Positions 1 to 12,110 of a stretch of 64,000 nucleotides of DNA are shown in pieces; position 1 is the first letter of the stretch; every line of letters starts with the position of its first letter. A model generated the notes under the pieces. That model was not told the origin of the DNA. It was given only the letters and a program-made list of their open reading frames with translations, and searched no databases. The translations under genes and the position numbers were made by a program. The DNA is from Heteronotia binoei (taxonomy: Eukaryota), in the NCBI RefSeq assembly GCF_032191835.1, contig NC_083231.1:22444001-22508000 (forward strand). The letters are read 5' to 3'.

Positions 1-450
1 GGAGGGCCTTATAACCAAGGATGAACATAAACAAATAGCCAGTACTTGTAGAGAAAGAGTTAGGAAAGCTACAGTATGAGCTTAGGGTAGCCAAAGATTA
101 TAAAAACAAAAAAAGGGTTCCTTTCTTATGTTCAAAGTAAGAAAAAGAGCAAGGACATGGTAGGCCCATTGTGAGGGCAGGAAAGTAAAATTGTAGCAGG
201 GGATGAAGAGAGGGCAGAACTGCTCAATTCCTACTTTTCCTCAGTCTTCTCTTCTGAGGGAAATGGTACTCAACATGGCAAATACAGAACATATATTGAG
301 GGCATGGAGTTGCAACCTTGGATCAGCATAGGGGTAGTACATAAACATCTAGTTTCTTTAAATGAAACGAAGTCCTCAGGACCAGATGAACTGCAGCTAA
401 GGGTACTAAAAGAGCTTGCAGATGTAATTTCTGAGCCTCTGGCCATTATT
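1..450 (+). mobile_element. CR1 LINE ORF2 fragment
   Basis: Plus-strand translation ends ...SGPDELQLRVLKELADVISEPLAII, the CR1 pre-RT motif (PGPDELHPRVLKELA). Frameshifted and truncated. Confidence 0.85.
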
Positions 451-541
451 GATCTCCTGTGCCCCTGAATTAGTTGTACAGGTTAATTATACAAAAGACA
501 ATATTTCCACCTTTGGGTTCCGTCTCCAGTTTTCCATGCGG

Positions 542-1141
542 TGTCATGATCTGGGCAAAGAGGGCAAGGAGGAGCCTGCCTAATGAGGCCTAGAGGGCCC
601 GGGGAAGCCTACCTTAATTGGCTAGTGGGCCTACATCATCCAGGACCCCTTCTCACCCTCTGATTGGGTGAAAGCAGTTTCGGAGGAAAACTAACCCAGA
701 GGAGGATGGGACCTGGGAGTAGAGGATAAATAGACCTGACTAGAGAGGGAGGCTGGTTCTTTCTAGGATGCTGAGCTGGAGGGAGCTTCAGCAAGAAAGT
801 TGTTCCCCTCAACTGGAACTGGGCAGAGTTAATACAATGTTAATAGAAGTAGGGGATGTTAAGGGCTCTTTATTTGATTTCTGCCATCTGTACTGTTTTT
901 TTACCTTTCACCATCACACCAAAATTGTTGTTTATAACCCACTATTTGTTTGAGCACTAAGAATAAAACTGTTGTTGAACTGCCTGGATCCTCACACCTC
1001 TTTGGTCACAAATAAAACATTTTGCTGATAAGGAAGGCAGGGTTGGGTGGGTGCTGTGGGTTTTCCCAGACAGACCTTTACCAGAGCAGTGGCAGCCAGT
1101 AGAAAAAAAAACCCCTTCCTGGTTCCTGCTGGGGTGTGACA
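542..1141 (+). mobile_element. Solo LTR (~600 bp)
   Basis: Termini TGTCA...TGACA. Flanks TGCGG/TGAGG (5-bp TSD, 1 mismatch). Internal GATAAA and AATAAA. No internal domain. Confidence 0.75.
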
Positions 1142-1369
1142 TGAGGTCACACAGAAGACCAAAGATCAAATGCCAAAACAACAGAGGCTAGTCCACATGA
1201 GCATAACCTTGAGGGATACTGCCAGCCAGGGCAAAAGCATCTATAAGTTTCAATGACCAAGAGGCTTCTGTACAGGAGCAAACTGTTTGGCACAGTGCTA
1301 TGACTGAGATGAACTTTACTAAGAGACACAGGTGATCCGATCCAGAACTCCCTTCATAAGTAACCAAGG

Positions 1370-2127
1370 CTGTTAAAAGTACTGTGATTGTTAAAATTGT
1401 TGTTAATAATAGTTGTATCTATAAAACATATTTCCATTTTTGGGTTCTTGGGCGAGGTCCATTATGTATTTCTAGCAGAAATACATAATGGTCCTCACTA
1501 CCGTACTGTAGGAATTTTCAACAACATGCGACAGCAGTTTACAAACAAAATGCAGAACTTTATAAATTCATCTGCACACTATCAGTTACTCAAGTTCAAT
1601 GTGAGAGAACATTTTCAAAGCTAAAGATCATAAAGACAAGGCTAAGTAATTCACTGTCTGAGGAGAACTTGGATTCATACATGTTGCTATCCATTGAAAG
1701 GGAATTGTTAGATGAATTGGATGCAGAAGCAATGATTGACAGATTCACACAATCATGTAGTGAATTCAAACGATTGCTCTTAATATAGTAGACTGTGTGA
1801 AATATGCTTTTGAACTGCCTGTTAATGTGGGAAATGTTCAATGCAAGCAAACTATTTAAAAATATCCACCATTTATTTAAAATTTGTTTTTTAAAAAAAA
1901 CAGTTATAACTAACTACCGCATACTGCCAGTAATTTGTACAATATATGTACACTGTAATTACTAAAAATATACATTACACAAAAGTTTTAATTGTACCTT
2001 TTTTCCACTTATGTATTTTTTGAAAAAATTATTTATTTCTTATAAAAATTAAATGATAGCCTTATAGTTGTGGGTGGGCCCCCTTTGTCTCCTGGCAACC
2101 AATATTTTTAGACCCAGGCCGCCACTG
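1370..2127 (+). mobile_element. hAT DNA transposon 3' fragment with transposase dimerization domain
   Basis: Plus-strand YKFICTLSVTQVQCERTFSKLKIIKTRLSNSLSEENLDSYMLLSIERELLDELD matches the hAT C-terminal dimerization motif. Ends in TIR-like CCGCCACTG. Confidence 0.8.
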
Positions 2128-2220
2128 CTCTTTGCTCTCCCAACAAGTTGCCTCAGAGAATAAGGGGATTCTGAGGAAGAGCTTGGGGAGGAGCCTATCC
2201 TCACAACCACCCTGTGAGGA

Positions 2221-2503
2221 AGATGAAGAAGAAGAAGAAGATATTGGATTTATATCCCGCCCTCCACTCTGAAGAGTCTCAGAGCGGCTCACAATCTCCT
2301 TTACCTTCCTCCCCCACAACAGACACCCTGTGAGGTGGGTGGGGCTGGAGAGGGCTCTCACAGCAGCTGTCCTTTCAAGGACAACCTCTGCCAGAGCTAT
2401 GGCTGACCCAAGGCCATTCCAGCAGGTGCAAGTGGAGGAGTGGGGACTCAAACCCGGTTCTCCCAGATAAGAGTCCGCACACTTAACCACTACACCAAAC
2501 TGG
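2221..2503 (-). mobile_element. Squam3-type tRNA-derived SINE
   Basis: Reverse strand begins GCCAGTTTGGTGTAGTGGTTAAGTGTGCGG (A box), has a GGTTTGAGTCCC B box, and ends GGGCGGGATATAAATCCAATATC(TTC)n. Confidence 0.9.
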
Positions 2504-2611
2504 CATACACAAGATCTGTGTGAGTGTCTGCGACTGGCCCAAGGTCATCCAGCAAGCTTTTATAACAGAATGGAGATTGGAACCTGGGTCTCCCATCTTT
2601 GAGTGACACTC

Positions 2612-2995
2612 TAAACCAGGAGTGTTGAACTCATTTGTTATGAGGGCTGCATCTGACATAAATGAGACCTTGCTGGGCCATGTGTGTCATAATATGTAAT
2701 GCCAGGTAGCAAAGATATAAACTTTATAGAGGACACAGACAAACACAATTAAAGATTTTTTAAAAACTTAAAATATGCTAAAAAGATTAGCATTCTTGTA
2801 ATATTTTATTTAACAGTCTCTGATAACTGATACCTCTTGCTCTGAATTATTGCATCAAAATCGGGAGACAGTGTCTGTGCTGCAGCCATCTTGAGTATGC
2901 TGTTCAGATGTTTATGTATAAGTTGCAAACCTACTTTTGATTTCTGGACACTCATTACAGAAATCTAATGGGTCAATTATTTGAGCCTAAGACCC
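2612..2995. mobile_element. Non-autonomous hAT-like MITE
   Basis: Starts CAGGAGTGTTGAACTCATTTG (CAGGGGTGTCAAAC-type TIR) with a degenerate mate near 2995. No ORF. Confidence 0.55.
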
Positions 2996-3443
2996 AGGGG
3001 TAAACATGAAATGGCTGGGCACTGTGAGCTTTTCTATATAAGTTGCTTCATGTGCTGGTCAGGCAATGAAGAAAATAGAGGCTTTGCTCTGTAGTTCTTG
3101 TGCAACTAAGCAAGCCTGGCAAAGCAAGCTTGATGCAGAAGGAAACGAGAGAGAAGGAAGCTGATGACAATGACTTGCTTGCAGGCCTGATAGGAGCCCT
3201 CCAGGGACCTGATCCTTCAGGCCACACATTTGACACCCCTGCTCTAAATGCTAAACCACTTCGGCTGTCCAAGTGTGCAACATGGCCTTGGAACTGACTG
3301 ATATCTTTAACTTTCAACTGAAAGTACGAATAATAATAATGAGTACTAATTTAGAAAATAGCTAAAATTTATACACAGAGAAGTTCTTCGGAGCTGGCGA
3401 CTGAAAGGGCAGATCAATCTCAAATGTGTTCCTTTCTGCCAAA

Positions 3444-3693
3444 CAGGGCTTTTTTTGAGCAGGAGCTCACAGGAACATAGTTGCAGCTGGCTTGGTGTCA
3501 GGGGGTGTGGCCTAATGCAAATGAGTTCCTGCTGGGCTTTTCCTACAAAAAAGCCCTGTGTAAAACAATGATTCTGTCAGGGGGTGTGGCCTAATATGCA
3601 AATAAAACCCTGCTGGGCTTTTCCTACAAAAAAGCAAATGAGTTCCTGATGCAAATAAGTTCCTGCTGGGCTTTTTCTACCAAAAAAGCCCTG
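3444..3693. mobile_element. hAT MITE carrying octamer motifs
   Basis: TIR CAGGGCTTTTTT...AAAAAAGCCCTG. Perfect 8-bp TSD CTGCCAAA. Internal repeats of (AT)GCAAATGAGTTCCTGCTGGGC. Confidence 0.85.
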
Positions 3694-3719
3694 CTGCCAA
3701 AAGTAGTCTAGACGCATGC

Positions 3720-4090
3720 CAATTTATATTTAGTATAGGACTGCCAAGACACAACGCTTGGGCAATACTTTAATGTTTATAGCAAATTAAGGTTTACTGG
3801 GATGAGTGGTACCTTCTACTAATTATTGACCAAAAAGGTTGACCAAATCCAAATTGATTAAGTATGTTCCAAAGTATTTTCTGCAAAACCATACAATGCA
3901 TATTAAAACAGAAAATGGATGGTATACAGCTTAGCCTGGATTACAGGGTGATTTTTGGTCGGTTTTTCCTAGTGCAGAAATCTCATAGGTCAAAATACAT
4001 TGGAGGATGTTGGATAGCTGTGCAGTTTCAAATAGGAGCAATTGGCCTGCAATTGCTAGAATCATTTCAGGCAGTATTTGTCTAATATTT
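3720..4090 (-). mobile_element. Old L1-like RT fragment
   Basis: Minus-strand remnants NCRPIAPI (cf. NYRPISLL) and KILWNILNQFGFG. Many stops. Confidence 0.5.
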
Positions 4091-4164
4091 GCTGTAATCA
4101 GGGCTTTTTGTAGAAACCTAGCAGGAACTCATTTGCATATTAGGCCACACCCCCTGCTATGGGG

Positions 4165-4400
4165 GTTATTTTAGAATTTTTCTTTTCAAAGGGTGGTCAA
4201 TTAATACCCCCAGCCCTAAAGGTCTTCCAGGGAAAGGTGGTGTCATAGCTTCTGTGTGGAGTAGAAATCTGGGAGTGGAATGAGAAAATACTCACCCAGC
4301 TAGAAGTTATCCAGGATACCTTTTTAAGGAAAATTTTGGGCCTTCCCCAAGGTATTCCTGTTCCACACCTGAGACTAGAAGTCGGTTTGCCCTCGATCAT
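4165..4400 (+). mobile_element. LINE (RTE-X/Rex-Babar-like) post-RT fragment
   Basis: LLCGVEIWEWNEKILTQLEVIQDTFLRKILGLPQGIPVPHLRLEVGLPSI. Confidence 0.6.
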
Positions 4401-5669
4401 CTCTAGAGCCCATTTGATATTATTAAAATACTATTTATTTATTTAGGCAATTTATAGTCCACCCTTTTCCAAAAATGGGCTCAGGGCAGACGACAACATT
4501 CTAAAAACAGAATAAAACAACAGTTAAAAACTGACACCTCTTGTTCAGAATTACTGCATCAAAATCAGGAGACACTATAAGAGGCTGAATAGTATTCCAG
4601 ACCACCATCAAGATGCTCGCAACCTTCTCCAAGGCAGACACACGCTTTTTCTTGGCCCGCATAATGGCTAGGCAGGATTTTGAAGGAAGCTCAGCCATGA
4701 TCGCCTCAGGTGGGTTACCTGGTTTTAAGGGGGGAAATTAAAGGGGGGAGGGATTATCTTGAAGGAGATCACATAGCAGTTTGTTGGATGGACATCAGCT
4801 GCTTGGCGAGTCATGATGTGTCGCCGGTATACTGACAGATGGAGAAACAGAATTTAAATGTGTACTCACAATCAGGATCTCTCTCAAAATCATTTTCATG
4901 GCTGGCATTTGCCACCTCCTCCATGTTGCCATCCTAAAATCGGGGATTGAAAACAATGTCAATAACAGGCATGTAGGAATTTTTCTTTCCTTTGTGAGTT
5001 ACACTTCTACCCAAAGTCCACTTTGGCTGTTTGTCTGTAAATTTAACTGTTAAGAAAACAACACACTTACAACTTGTGGATGTAGCCAGGTCCCTTCCAT
5101 AATCTCTAGATGATTCTCTGCTCATCTCTGAGACAGGCTGCCTACGTGAAAACACAAGTTCAGAAATATTGAATTTCAAGTTTGGCAACTGATCATGAAC
5201 AAAACATAAAATAGAATGCAGGAAGGTGGGTAGCTGCAGAAGATGCATTGAAGAATGTAAAAATAGAAGAGAGGGAAGGAGAGGGATTAGCACAGAAGGA
5301 ATGGATGACTGAGGGGAAGTTAGAAGGACTTACATTGTTTAGATATGAGAGAAGGAAAAAGGAGACAGATGTTAGTCTGGACATGTGCATATAATCCGAC
5401 ATTGTATAGTGTAGATGTTGGAACTAAGGGTACGTCTGACTGCACCCCCTAAATACTGTTTATTTAGGCAATTTATAGTCCGCCCATTTGATACTATTAA
5501 AATACTGTTTGTTTATTTATTTAGGCAATTTATAGTCTGCCCTTTCCCAAAAATGGGCTCGGGGCAGATGACAACATTCTAAAAACAGTATAAAACAGTT
5601 AAAAACTGACACCTCTTGCTCTGAATTATTGCATCAAAATTGGGAGACACTATAAGAAGCCAGACCACC

Positions 5670-6425
5670 ACTTGGTAAAACACAGTTTTCAGTACTTCAG
5701 CAATATGAATGTGTGGTCCAAATTACTTTCTTCCATTTTACAAATGTACTCTTTATGCTCTTTAAAGACCCAAGTAAACCGCAGGATTGGATTTTTGAAA
5801 AGGACGCCCTTCGCAACATCAATCTGATCCATCAATCTAAATTCTCTGTCTGGTATCCCCAGTTCAAGAAAAATAAATCCTTTTCCCACTAACTAGCTGA
5901 CATCTCAAATGCCCCTTTAATAAAGGCATTTACCCAGGCCCGTTTCCCAACCATACCATCCTTGTACCTTTGGGGTAGATTTCAAAAAATACCCATGGAC
6001 CATCATCTTTGTTCCTGTGGTACCAATCAGATAGAAGATATTGTTCATTGTATTCTATCCTGTCCATTTTATGGGCCCATTTGACATAAACTGCTGAATC
6101 AATTTCTCACTGTTTAGGTCAGAAGAGGAATGTATTAAATTTTTACTGGCTGATGCCATTCCAGATGTTACCCTTAAGGTGGCTACTTTTATCTTCTTAG
6201 CAATAAAAATAAGGAAGAAGATAATTACAGCCATCCATACAAGAATTTTGGCTAAGCTATAGTCTCATTCTGTCATGTTATTTTATTATATATGTTTTAA
6301 ATCTTGTCCATAGTACTATATTTTGCTATGTATTTTTTAATATTTACTTTTTATGGTTAGAAGCAAACTGTATACTTTGGGGGGGTTGCTTGGTTGCTAT
6401 GGCCTATGACTACAACAATAAAATA
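5670..6425 (+). mobile_element. LINE 3' end (probably the same RTE-X/Rex-Babar-like element)
   Basis: FTQARF...LCSCGTNQIEDIVHCILSCPFY C-terminal CCHC-type motif, then 3' UTR ending ACAATAAAA. Confidence 0.65.
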
Positions 6426-7065
6426 TTTTGACTTTGATACTTAATTTTGCTAAAGTAATGTTTCACCACCTACCTGCAAAAGGCTTCAGTGGCATCTCTG
6501 TCCAAAAACTATACAAATGGTGTAACACTCATATTTTGGCTATGTCCCACACAATTCAGGCATTCTCACCTTTTTTTCTATTCCTGCACTCATATTGGCA
6601 CAAAGAGGCAGACATCCTTTTCCTAAAGGACATCTCTTGACTGAAGCAATGTCGATTGGAAACATCAGATCTGTAAAAAATCAAGGGTGACAGGCAATCA
6701 AACAAGAATATTATCTGCAAGGTCACCTACTTGTAAGTAAATGGAAGAAAAAGAAGGGACGCATCTATTGGAGCAAAGAGACAGAAAAAACAATGGTATA
6801 GTGGGAAGACAATTGGATTCTAATATAATAATAATAACCCCCTTATGCATTTTGCATTGCGTTTCCTCAGGGGATGTATGCATATGTCAACAAATAAGGG
6901 GAAAGGTTAATGTTTATCTTTTAACTGTTTTTCTAAATTATTAGTTGAAAAACATATTAAACCAATTATAAAAACATGTTTTAAAAGAAAGAAGTTCTGA
7001 GCATGCACAAAAACCACTTAATGATCAAGAGCTGTCTAAAAATACTGCTAGGAATTTAGCAGTAT

Positions 7066-7262
7066 GATACAGTGGTTAGAGTGGGATGTGTTGTTAAGGT
7101 TAGAGTGTCAAACTAGGAGATCCCAGTTCAAATCCCTGCTCTGCCATGGCAGCTTGCCAGGTGATACTCTCAACCTAACCCACCTCACTGGGTTGTTGTG
7201 AGGATAAAACAGAAGACAAAACAATGTAAGCTTTGGGACTCCTATTAGCAGGAAAGGTGGGG
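7066..7262 (+). mobile_element. Degenerate Squam3-like SINE
   Basis: tRNA-like head (CAGTGGTTAGAGTG...CCCAGTTCAAATCCC) and a CCTCACTGGGTTGTTGTGAGGATAAAA body. Confidence 0.6.
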
Positions 7263-7268
7263 TATACA

Positions 7269-7440
7269 AAGGGCTTTTTTGGTAGAAAAGGCCCAGCAGG
7301 AATTCATTTGCATATTAGGCCACATTTTCCGATTGCACCATTGTTTCACACAGGACTTTTTTGTTGAAAAGGCCCACACCTCCTGACACCAAGCCGGTCG
7401 GGACTATGTTCCCATGCATTCCTGCTCAAAAAAAGCCCTG
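7269..7440. mobile_element. hAT MITE, same family as 3444-3693
   Basis: AAGGGCTTTTTT...AAAAGCCCTG termini. 8-bp TSD GGTATACA. Contains ATTTGCAT. Confidence 0.8.
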
Positions 7441-7782
7441 GGTATACATGAAAATAAAAATTAATTTTTAAAAAACCTGTGGTGCTTTCCTCCGGTGCAA
7501 TTCACTACTGCTAGATCCTATTGCATCAAGGGAACAGATCCCTGCAATCCAGTTTTGTATTTATGCTGCACTTTGCTGACAAGCTAGCAATTCCGAAATG
7601 ACTAGAAATAAACAGAGGGAAGGCAAAAAAAGATGGCTTAAATAGATATCATAGCAGGGCGATACTGTTAGGATGAATGAGCTGAATGGAAGAAGCTACT
7701 AGAAGTTCCAAGTTGTTTTTATCTCTTTTTTAAAAATGCACTTAGTTAGGCCTGAGCTTAGTATGAATGGATCGAGGCGGGT

Positions 7783-9112
7783 CACCAGTGCTGTTATTGT
7801 TGGACCTGTTGGCGGCATTCGACATGGTCGACCATCAGTTGCTGGTCCACCTGTGGGGATTCAGGGGTTAGCCTTACAATGGCTTTCCTCCTTTCTCTGT
7901 GATTGGGGACAAAGGGTGGTGATCGGGGGACGATTGTCCCAGAGGCATCCGCTTAATTGTGGGGTGCCTCAGGGGGCGGTGCTTTCCCCGATGTTGTTTA
8001 ATATCTACATGCGCTCCCTTGCCCAGATTGTCAGGAGATTCGGGCTGGGTTGCCATCAGTATGCAGATAACACTCAGCTTTATCTGCTAATGGATGGCCG
8101 GCCTGCCTCCGCCCCAGAAAAACTGGCCCCGGCATTACAAGCCGTGGCGGGGTGGCTCAGGCTGAGTCATCTGAAGCTGAACCCAACGAAGACAGAAGTC
8201 CTTTGTCTGAGCCGTGGTGGCCTGGGAAGGGAAATCCCTTTACCAGCCTTTGATGAGGCGCCACTGATATCAGTGCCTAAAGTCAAGAGCTTGGGGGTGC
8301 TACTGGAGGCCCAGATAGCAGCCACTGCAAGATTCGCCTTTTTCCATCTTAGGTGGGCACGACAGCTGGCACCCTTCCTAGAGCACAGCGACATAGCAAC
8401 AGTGATTCATGCTACGGTCACCACGAGACTAGACTACTGTAATGCCCTCTACATGGGGCTGCCCATGTCTCGAATCCGGAAGCTGCAGCTGGTGCAGAAT
8501 GCTGCAGCCAGGCTGTTACTGGGTCTCTATTTGGGATCACGTGCAGCCGGGGCTGCGGAGACTGCATTGGCTGCCAATAGTATTCCAGATTCGCTACAAG
8601 GTGCTGGTTATTACCTTTAAAGCCCTATATGGCCAAGGTCTTGTCTACCTTATGGACCGTCTCTCCCCACATATTCCCCAGAGGGTACTGAGATCTGGAT
8701 CACAAAACCTATTAGAAATCCCCGGGCCAAGGGAGGCGAGACTGAAGGCTACCAGAGAACGAGCCTTCTCTATTGCTGCCCCCCACTGGTGGAACCAACT
8801 CCCTGATGATATTAGAGCCTTGCGGGACTTTGCCCAATTCCACAAGGCTTGTAAAACAACACTTTTTCGTCTGGCCTTCAACTAAAGTACAGGGCTGCTT
8901 AACATCATGGTATGGAACTTAGCACCAAAACTGTTTTTTTTTAAATTGTTCAATATTTAAAGTGCAATTGTTAATTTTAATTGATCTTACTGTAATTGTT
9001 TTTATTGCTTTATGGTTTTATTGTGCATTTAATGTTGCTGTTAGCCGCCCTGAGCCTGCTTCGGCGGGAAGGGCGTGATATAAATGCAAAAAATAAATAA
9101 AATAAATAAATG
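7783..9112 (+). mobile_element. 5'-truncated L2-clade LINE
   Basis: RT motifs GVPQGAVLSPMLFNIY, HQYADNTQLY and RLDYCNALY, with a frameshift. Tail GTTAGCCGCCCTGAGCCTGCTTCGG followed by (TAAAA)n. Confidence 0.9.
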
Positions 9113-9329
9113 CAGCCCACCAGCAATGTATGGTGACCAACAAAGGACTGGATAAGTCTTCTGTTTGTGCTGTTTGTCTGGCATGGCAAAAAACAGCGTT
9201 TCTCAAGCTTCTGGCAAGCCGCAGTGTGTGGCTGGTGGGCTGCATTTGGCTTCACCAGCCATGCAGGCCTGTCTTAGAGAAGCATTTGAGGAGACCAAGC
9301 AGAGAGCAACAATGCTTGGCTGATGGCTG

Positions 9330-9555
9330 GGAAGTTAAGTTTGCTCCACAGCTGCAAACAGACCAATCTCTTTTACCTCCCTCTGCAGCCACCCAGTAAA
9401 AAGTCTGCCATGAAAACATTGCGAAAGCAACATCACCCCAGAGTTGGAAATGACTGGTGCTTGCACAGGGGACCTTTCCTTTCCAGCTTCTCCAATGGCA
9501 GATGGATTTGGGTCCTGAATGGTTTGCACTGCCAGTGTAACCCTGACTCCACTAG
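9330..9555 (-). pseudogene. LONRF last-exon-like remnant, interrupted by a Sauria SINE tail
   Basis: TLAVQTIQDP resembles LLAVLPVDP of the LONRF C-terminus. Weak similarity. Confidence 0.3.
9400..9487 (+). mobile_element. Sauria SINE 3' fragment
   Basis: CATCACCCCAGAGTTGGAAATGACTGGTGCTTGCACAGGGGACCTTTCCTTTCC. Confidence 0.8.
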
Positions 9556-9744
9556 AAGGAGCTAAAGAGTAGGGCTTTTCCTTATAAGGAAGAAAAGGCG
9601 CAATTTCCCCTTCTGGACTAGAAGGCCTGAAGCTACAGGGAGAAGCAGTCTCACCATGGAAGCACTCCTTGCTGTGCATGTTTTGTATTTATATTTTGCT
9701 CTAGGGATACCATAAGCTCATGTGAAGAACAGAGAAGACATCCA

Positions 9745-9945
9745 TACCTAGAGGCCTGTACAGCTGTGATGTGGGACATCTTTTCCAAGAGAAGCCTGGC
9801 TAAACTGGAGCCAGAAGGACTGAGACCCCAGTTTTCTCAAATGCAACAGGCTTGACTTATTATGGATGCTGCATACACTTAATCACTGTTTCAAGTACAA
9901 TGTATTCTGAACTTGGTTTGTGGTTATTCTCAAACTGCAAGTGTC
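9745..9945 (-). pseudogene. LONRF LON-domain exon remnant
   Basis: IISQACCI*ENW resembles VYSQACSWFQNL. Flanked by TTGCAG and GTATGG splice-like sites. Confidence 0.45.
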
Positions 9946-10199
9946 ACAAAGTGGGATCACACTGCCATAGATCTGAGCTCTTCCTCAGTTCTGTAATTAA
10001 AAAAAATCGGTTTAATATCTATATATCATTATTTGGCACTGTTTTCCTTAAAACTCCACCACAGCCAGAAATCTCACTGACCGATGGCTCAAAATATTAC
10101 AGGAAGGGTTTTGTGCATGCTTGAAAGAGCTACTTCATGCCTTCATTAAAGCCAACCAGAATTCATGATAGGCATGCCAACGGTTAGTTAAGAAGGGGA

Positions 10200-10320
10200 A
10201 ACCAGTTCTCCCATCAGAAGAGGTGTTCTTCTCAGTTTATGAGATCCTCATGCATGGAGAATGGAACCCCCAACACTGGATTGTTAAAGAAGATACTGAT
10301 TTTCATTTAGTGCTCATCTG
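10200..10320 (-). pseudogene. LONRF LON-domain first-exon remnant
   Basis: ISIFFNNPVLGVPFSMH resembles VPIFVCTMAYPTVPCPLH. Confidence 0.35.
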
Positions 10321-10654
10321 AATGAAATACTTCATGTTTTTGTTTCGCCAGCACCAATACTTCAAGTACATGGACATTCCTATGAAAATTTGGACAAATT
10401 TCAATCCACTAGCTTAGATTTAAATTCACTAAATGCACTGAAATATGTAATTATAGCCATATCATACACTATAACAGCACCAAGAACAAAGTTTATCTAG
10501 AAGTATCGCGACAAACTGAGCAGGTTAAGTTGAGAAGAACAAGTCATTTCTGTTTGCTTTTGAAGGAAGAACAAGAAGATTGCTCTGTAGCATAATTAAA
10601 AACTAACATGCTGGTGAAAAAGGCCTAAGGCATCAGAGATAGAGAGTACACTAT

Positions 10655-10850
10655 CAGTGTGGTACAGTTATTAAGAATACAAGAGTAGGATCTGGGAGTC
10701 CTGGGTTCAAAACCTTCCTCTGCCGCCAATCAGTGGATGACCTTGGACCAGGCATTCTCCAAGCCTAACCTAACTCACTGGGCTGTTGTGTGAATAAAAT
10801 GGAGGAGGGATGAACCAGTTACATCTCACGACAAAGACGGGATTAAAATG
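10655..10850 (+). mobile_element. Degenerate Squam3-like SINE
   Basis: CAGTGTGGTACAGTTATTAAG...CCTGGGTTCAAAACC head plus a CCTAACTCACTGGGCTGTTGTG body. Confidence 0.55.
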
Positions 10851-11619
10851 CAAACAAACTAATAAAAGCAAACACATATAAGAGGACATTTTGCAAGGCC
10901 AGACTAAATGTATCCTGCCAGCAAATACATGAGAATAGGTCAATCACTAAGAGATAAGAAGTCCTCAGATGCAGATAAACCTGACTGTTTATTTTGCTCA
11001 GGGAATGTGGATTGGAAGGGAAGGAAGCAGAGACCGCTGATGAGAGCGCAGGCGAGCGCAGTCCTGGGAACCTTCAGAGAAAAAGCAGCATGTGAAGAGA
11101 AAGGGCTTCTAATGCTATCTAAGCTCGAGCTTGAACAATTTTTTTTTTGAACAGCATTTTAATTATATAGGGTTTTTAAAAGAAATTCGATCAAAAGTGT
11201 ATATCCTACGTATCTGAAATGTAGTAATGAACATGACAAACTGCAGTTTATTAGTCAGGAACCAAATCAATATGAAGGTGTCGTGATCATTTCCAGAAGA
11301 GCTGTACTTATATGTACATTTCCAAGATACAATTCAACTTGTTATTTTATACAATGAGGCAGTGGTGGTGGGGAAATAAAGAACATAATTTATAGTGCAT
11401 AGCAGGATAGCCATGGGATAAGGCATAGCCCTAGCTTTGCCCTTCCTTTCTCCCCTCCCAATTCTGTGCAGTGGCCATCAAGAGGTGGTGTTCACTGATC
11501 CGGCAGAAGAGATGTACTGGACAGGGATACATGAGCTATCCCATTCTGATCTTGCTTCCCACATAATGTCCTGCTATGGTGCATAAGCACGTGCTTGAGG
11601 AAAACAGGGTTCTGGCATG

Positions 11620-11880
11620 CCAAATGATCCACAGGTGGGGGCAGGGGATCCCCCAGTTTGGAGGCCCTCCCCCCACTTCAGGGTCATCAGAAAGAGCCCA
11701 TTCTGGAAAGGGCGGGCTATAAATTGACAGACAGACAGGAAGAAAGGAAGGAAGGAAGGAAAGAGGGATGAGGAGGGAAATGTCTGCTGAGCACTCCATT
11801 ATTCCCTATGGAGACCAATTCTCATAAGGTATAGTGGAGAATTGATCTGGGAGTACCTGGGGCTTTGGGGGGGGGGGTGC
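11620..11880. mobile_element. hAT-Blackjack-like MITE fragment
   Basis: Shares CCCCCCACTTCAGGGTCATCAG...CCCTATGGAGACCAATTC with the element at 51817-52299. Confidence 0.55.
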
Positions 11881-12110
11881 ACAAAAATGCCTGAAAAGAT
11901 TTGCATTCACTACACAACAGAATTGTGTAATGAAGGAGGCACATGGTTAATAGAAAAAGCTATATCTAATAAAGGCAATTGGTAAAGATATCTGCTAGAT
12001 CACTATCTGAACATATCTTTAAGAAAATCCAGCAGAACTTGATATATATCAAGTGCAACAGTTTGAGGTTTATACGCAGAGGAGCACCATCGACCTAAGC
12101 GCTGAATGTC

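Noticed and set aside
3048-3317. Overlapping ORFs on both strands
   Set aside because: No recognisable domain or splice context.
4700-4933. Two-exon coding pair (DGNMEEV..DPD / LYRRHIM..)
   Set aside because: The implied intron is only 38 bp, too short for a vertebrate intron, and no protein was recognised.
6474-6670. 197-bp segment with good AG/GT boundaries
   Set aside because: All three frames contain stops and no homology was recognised.
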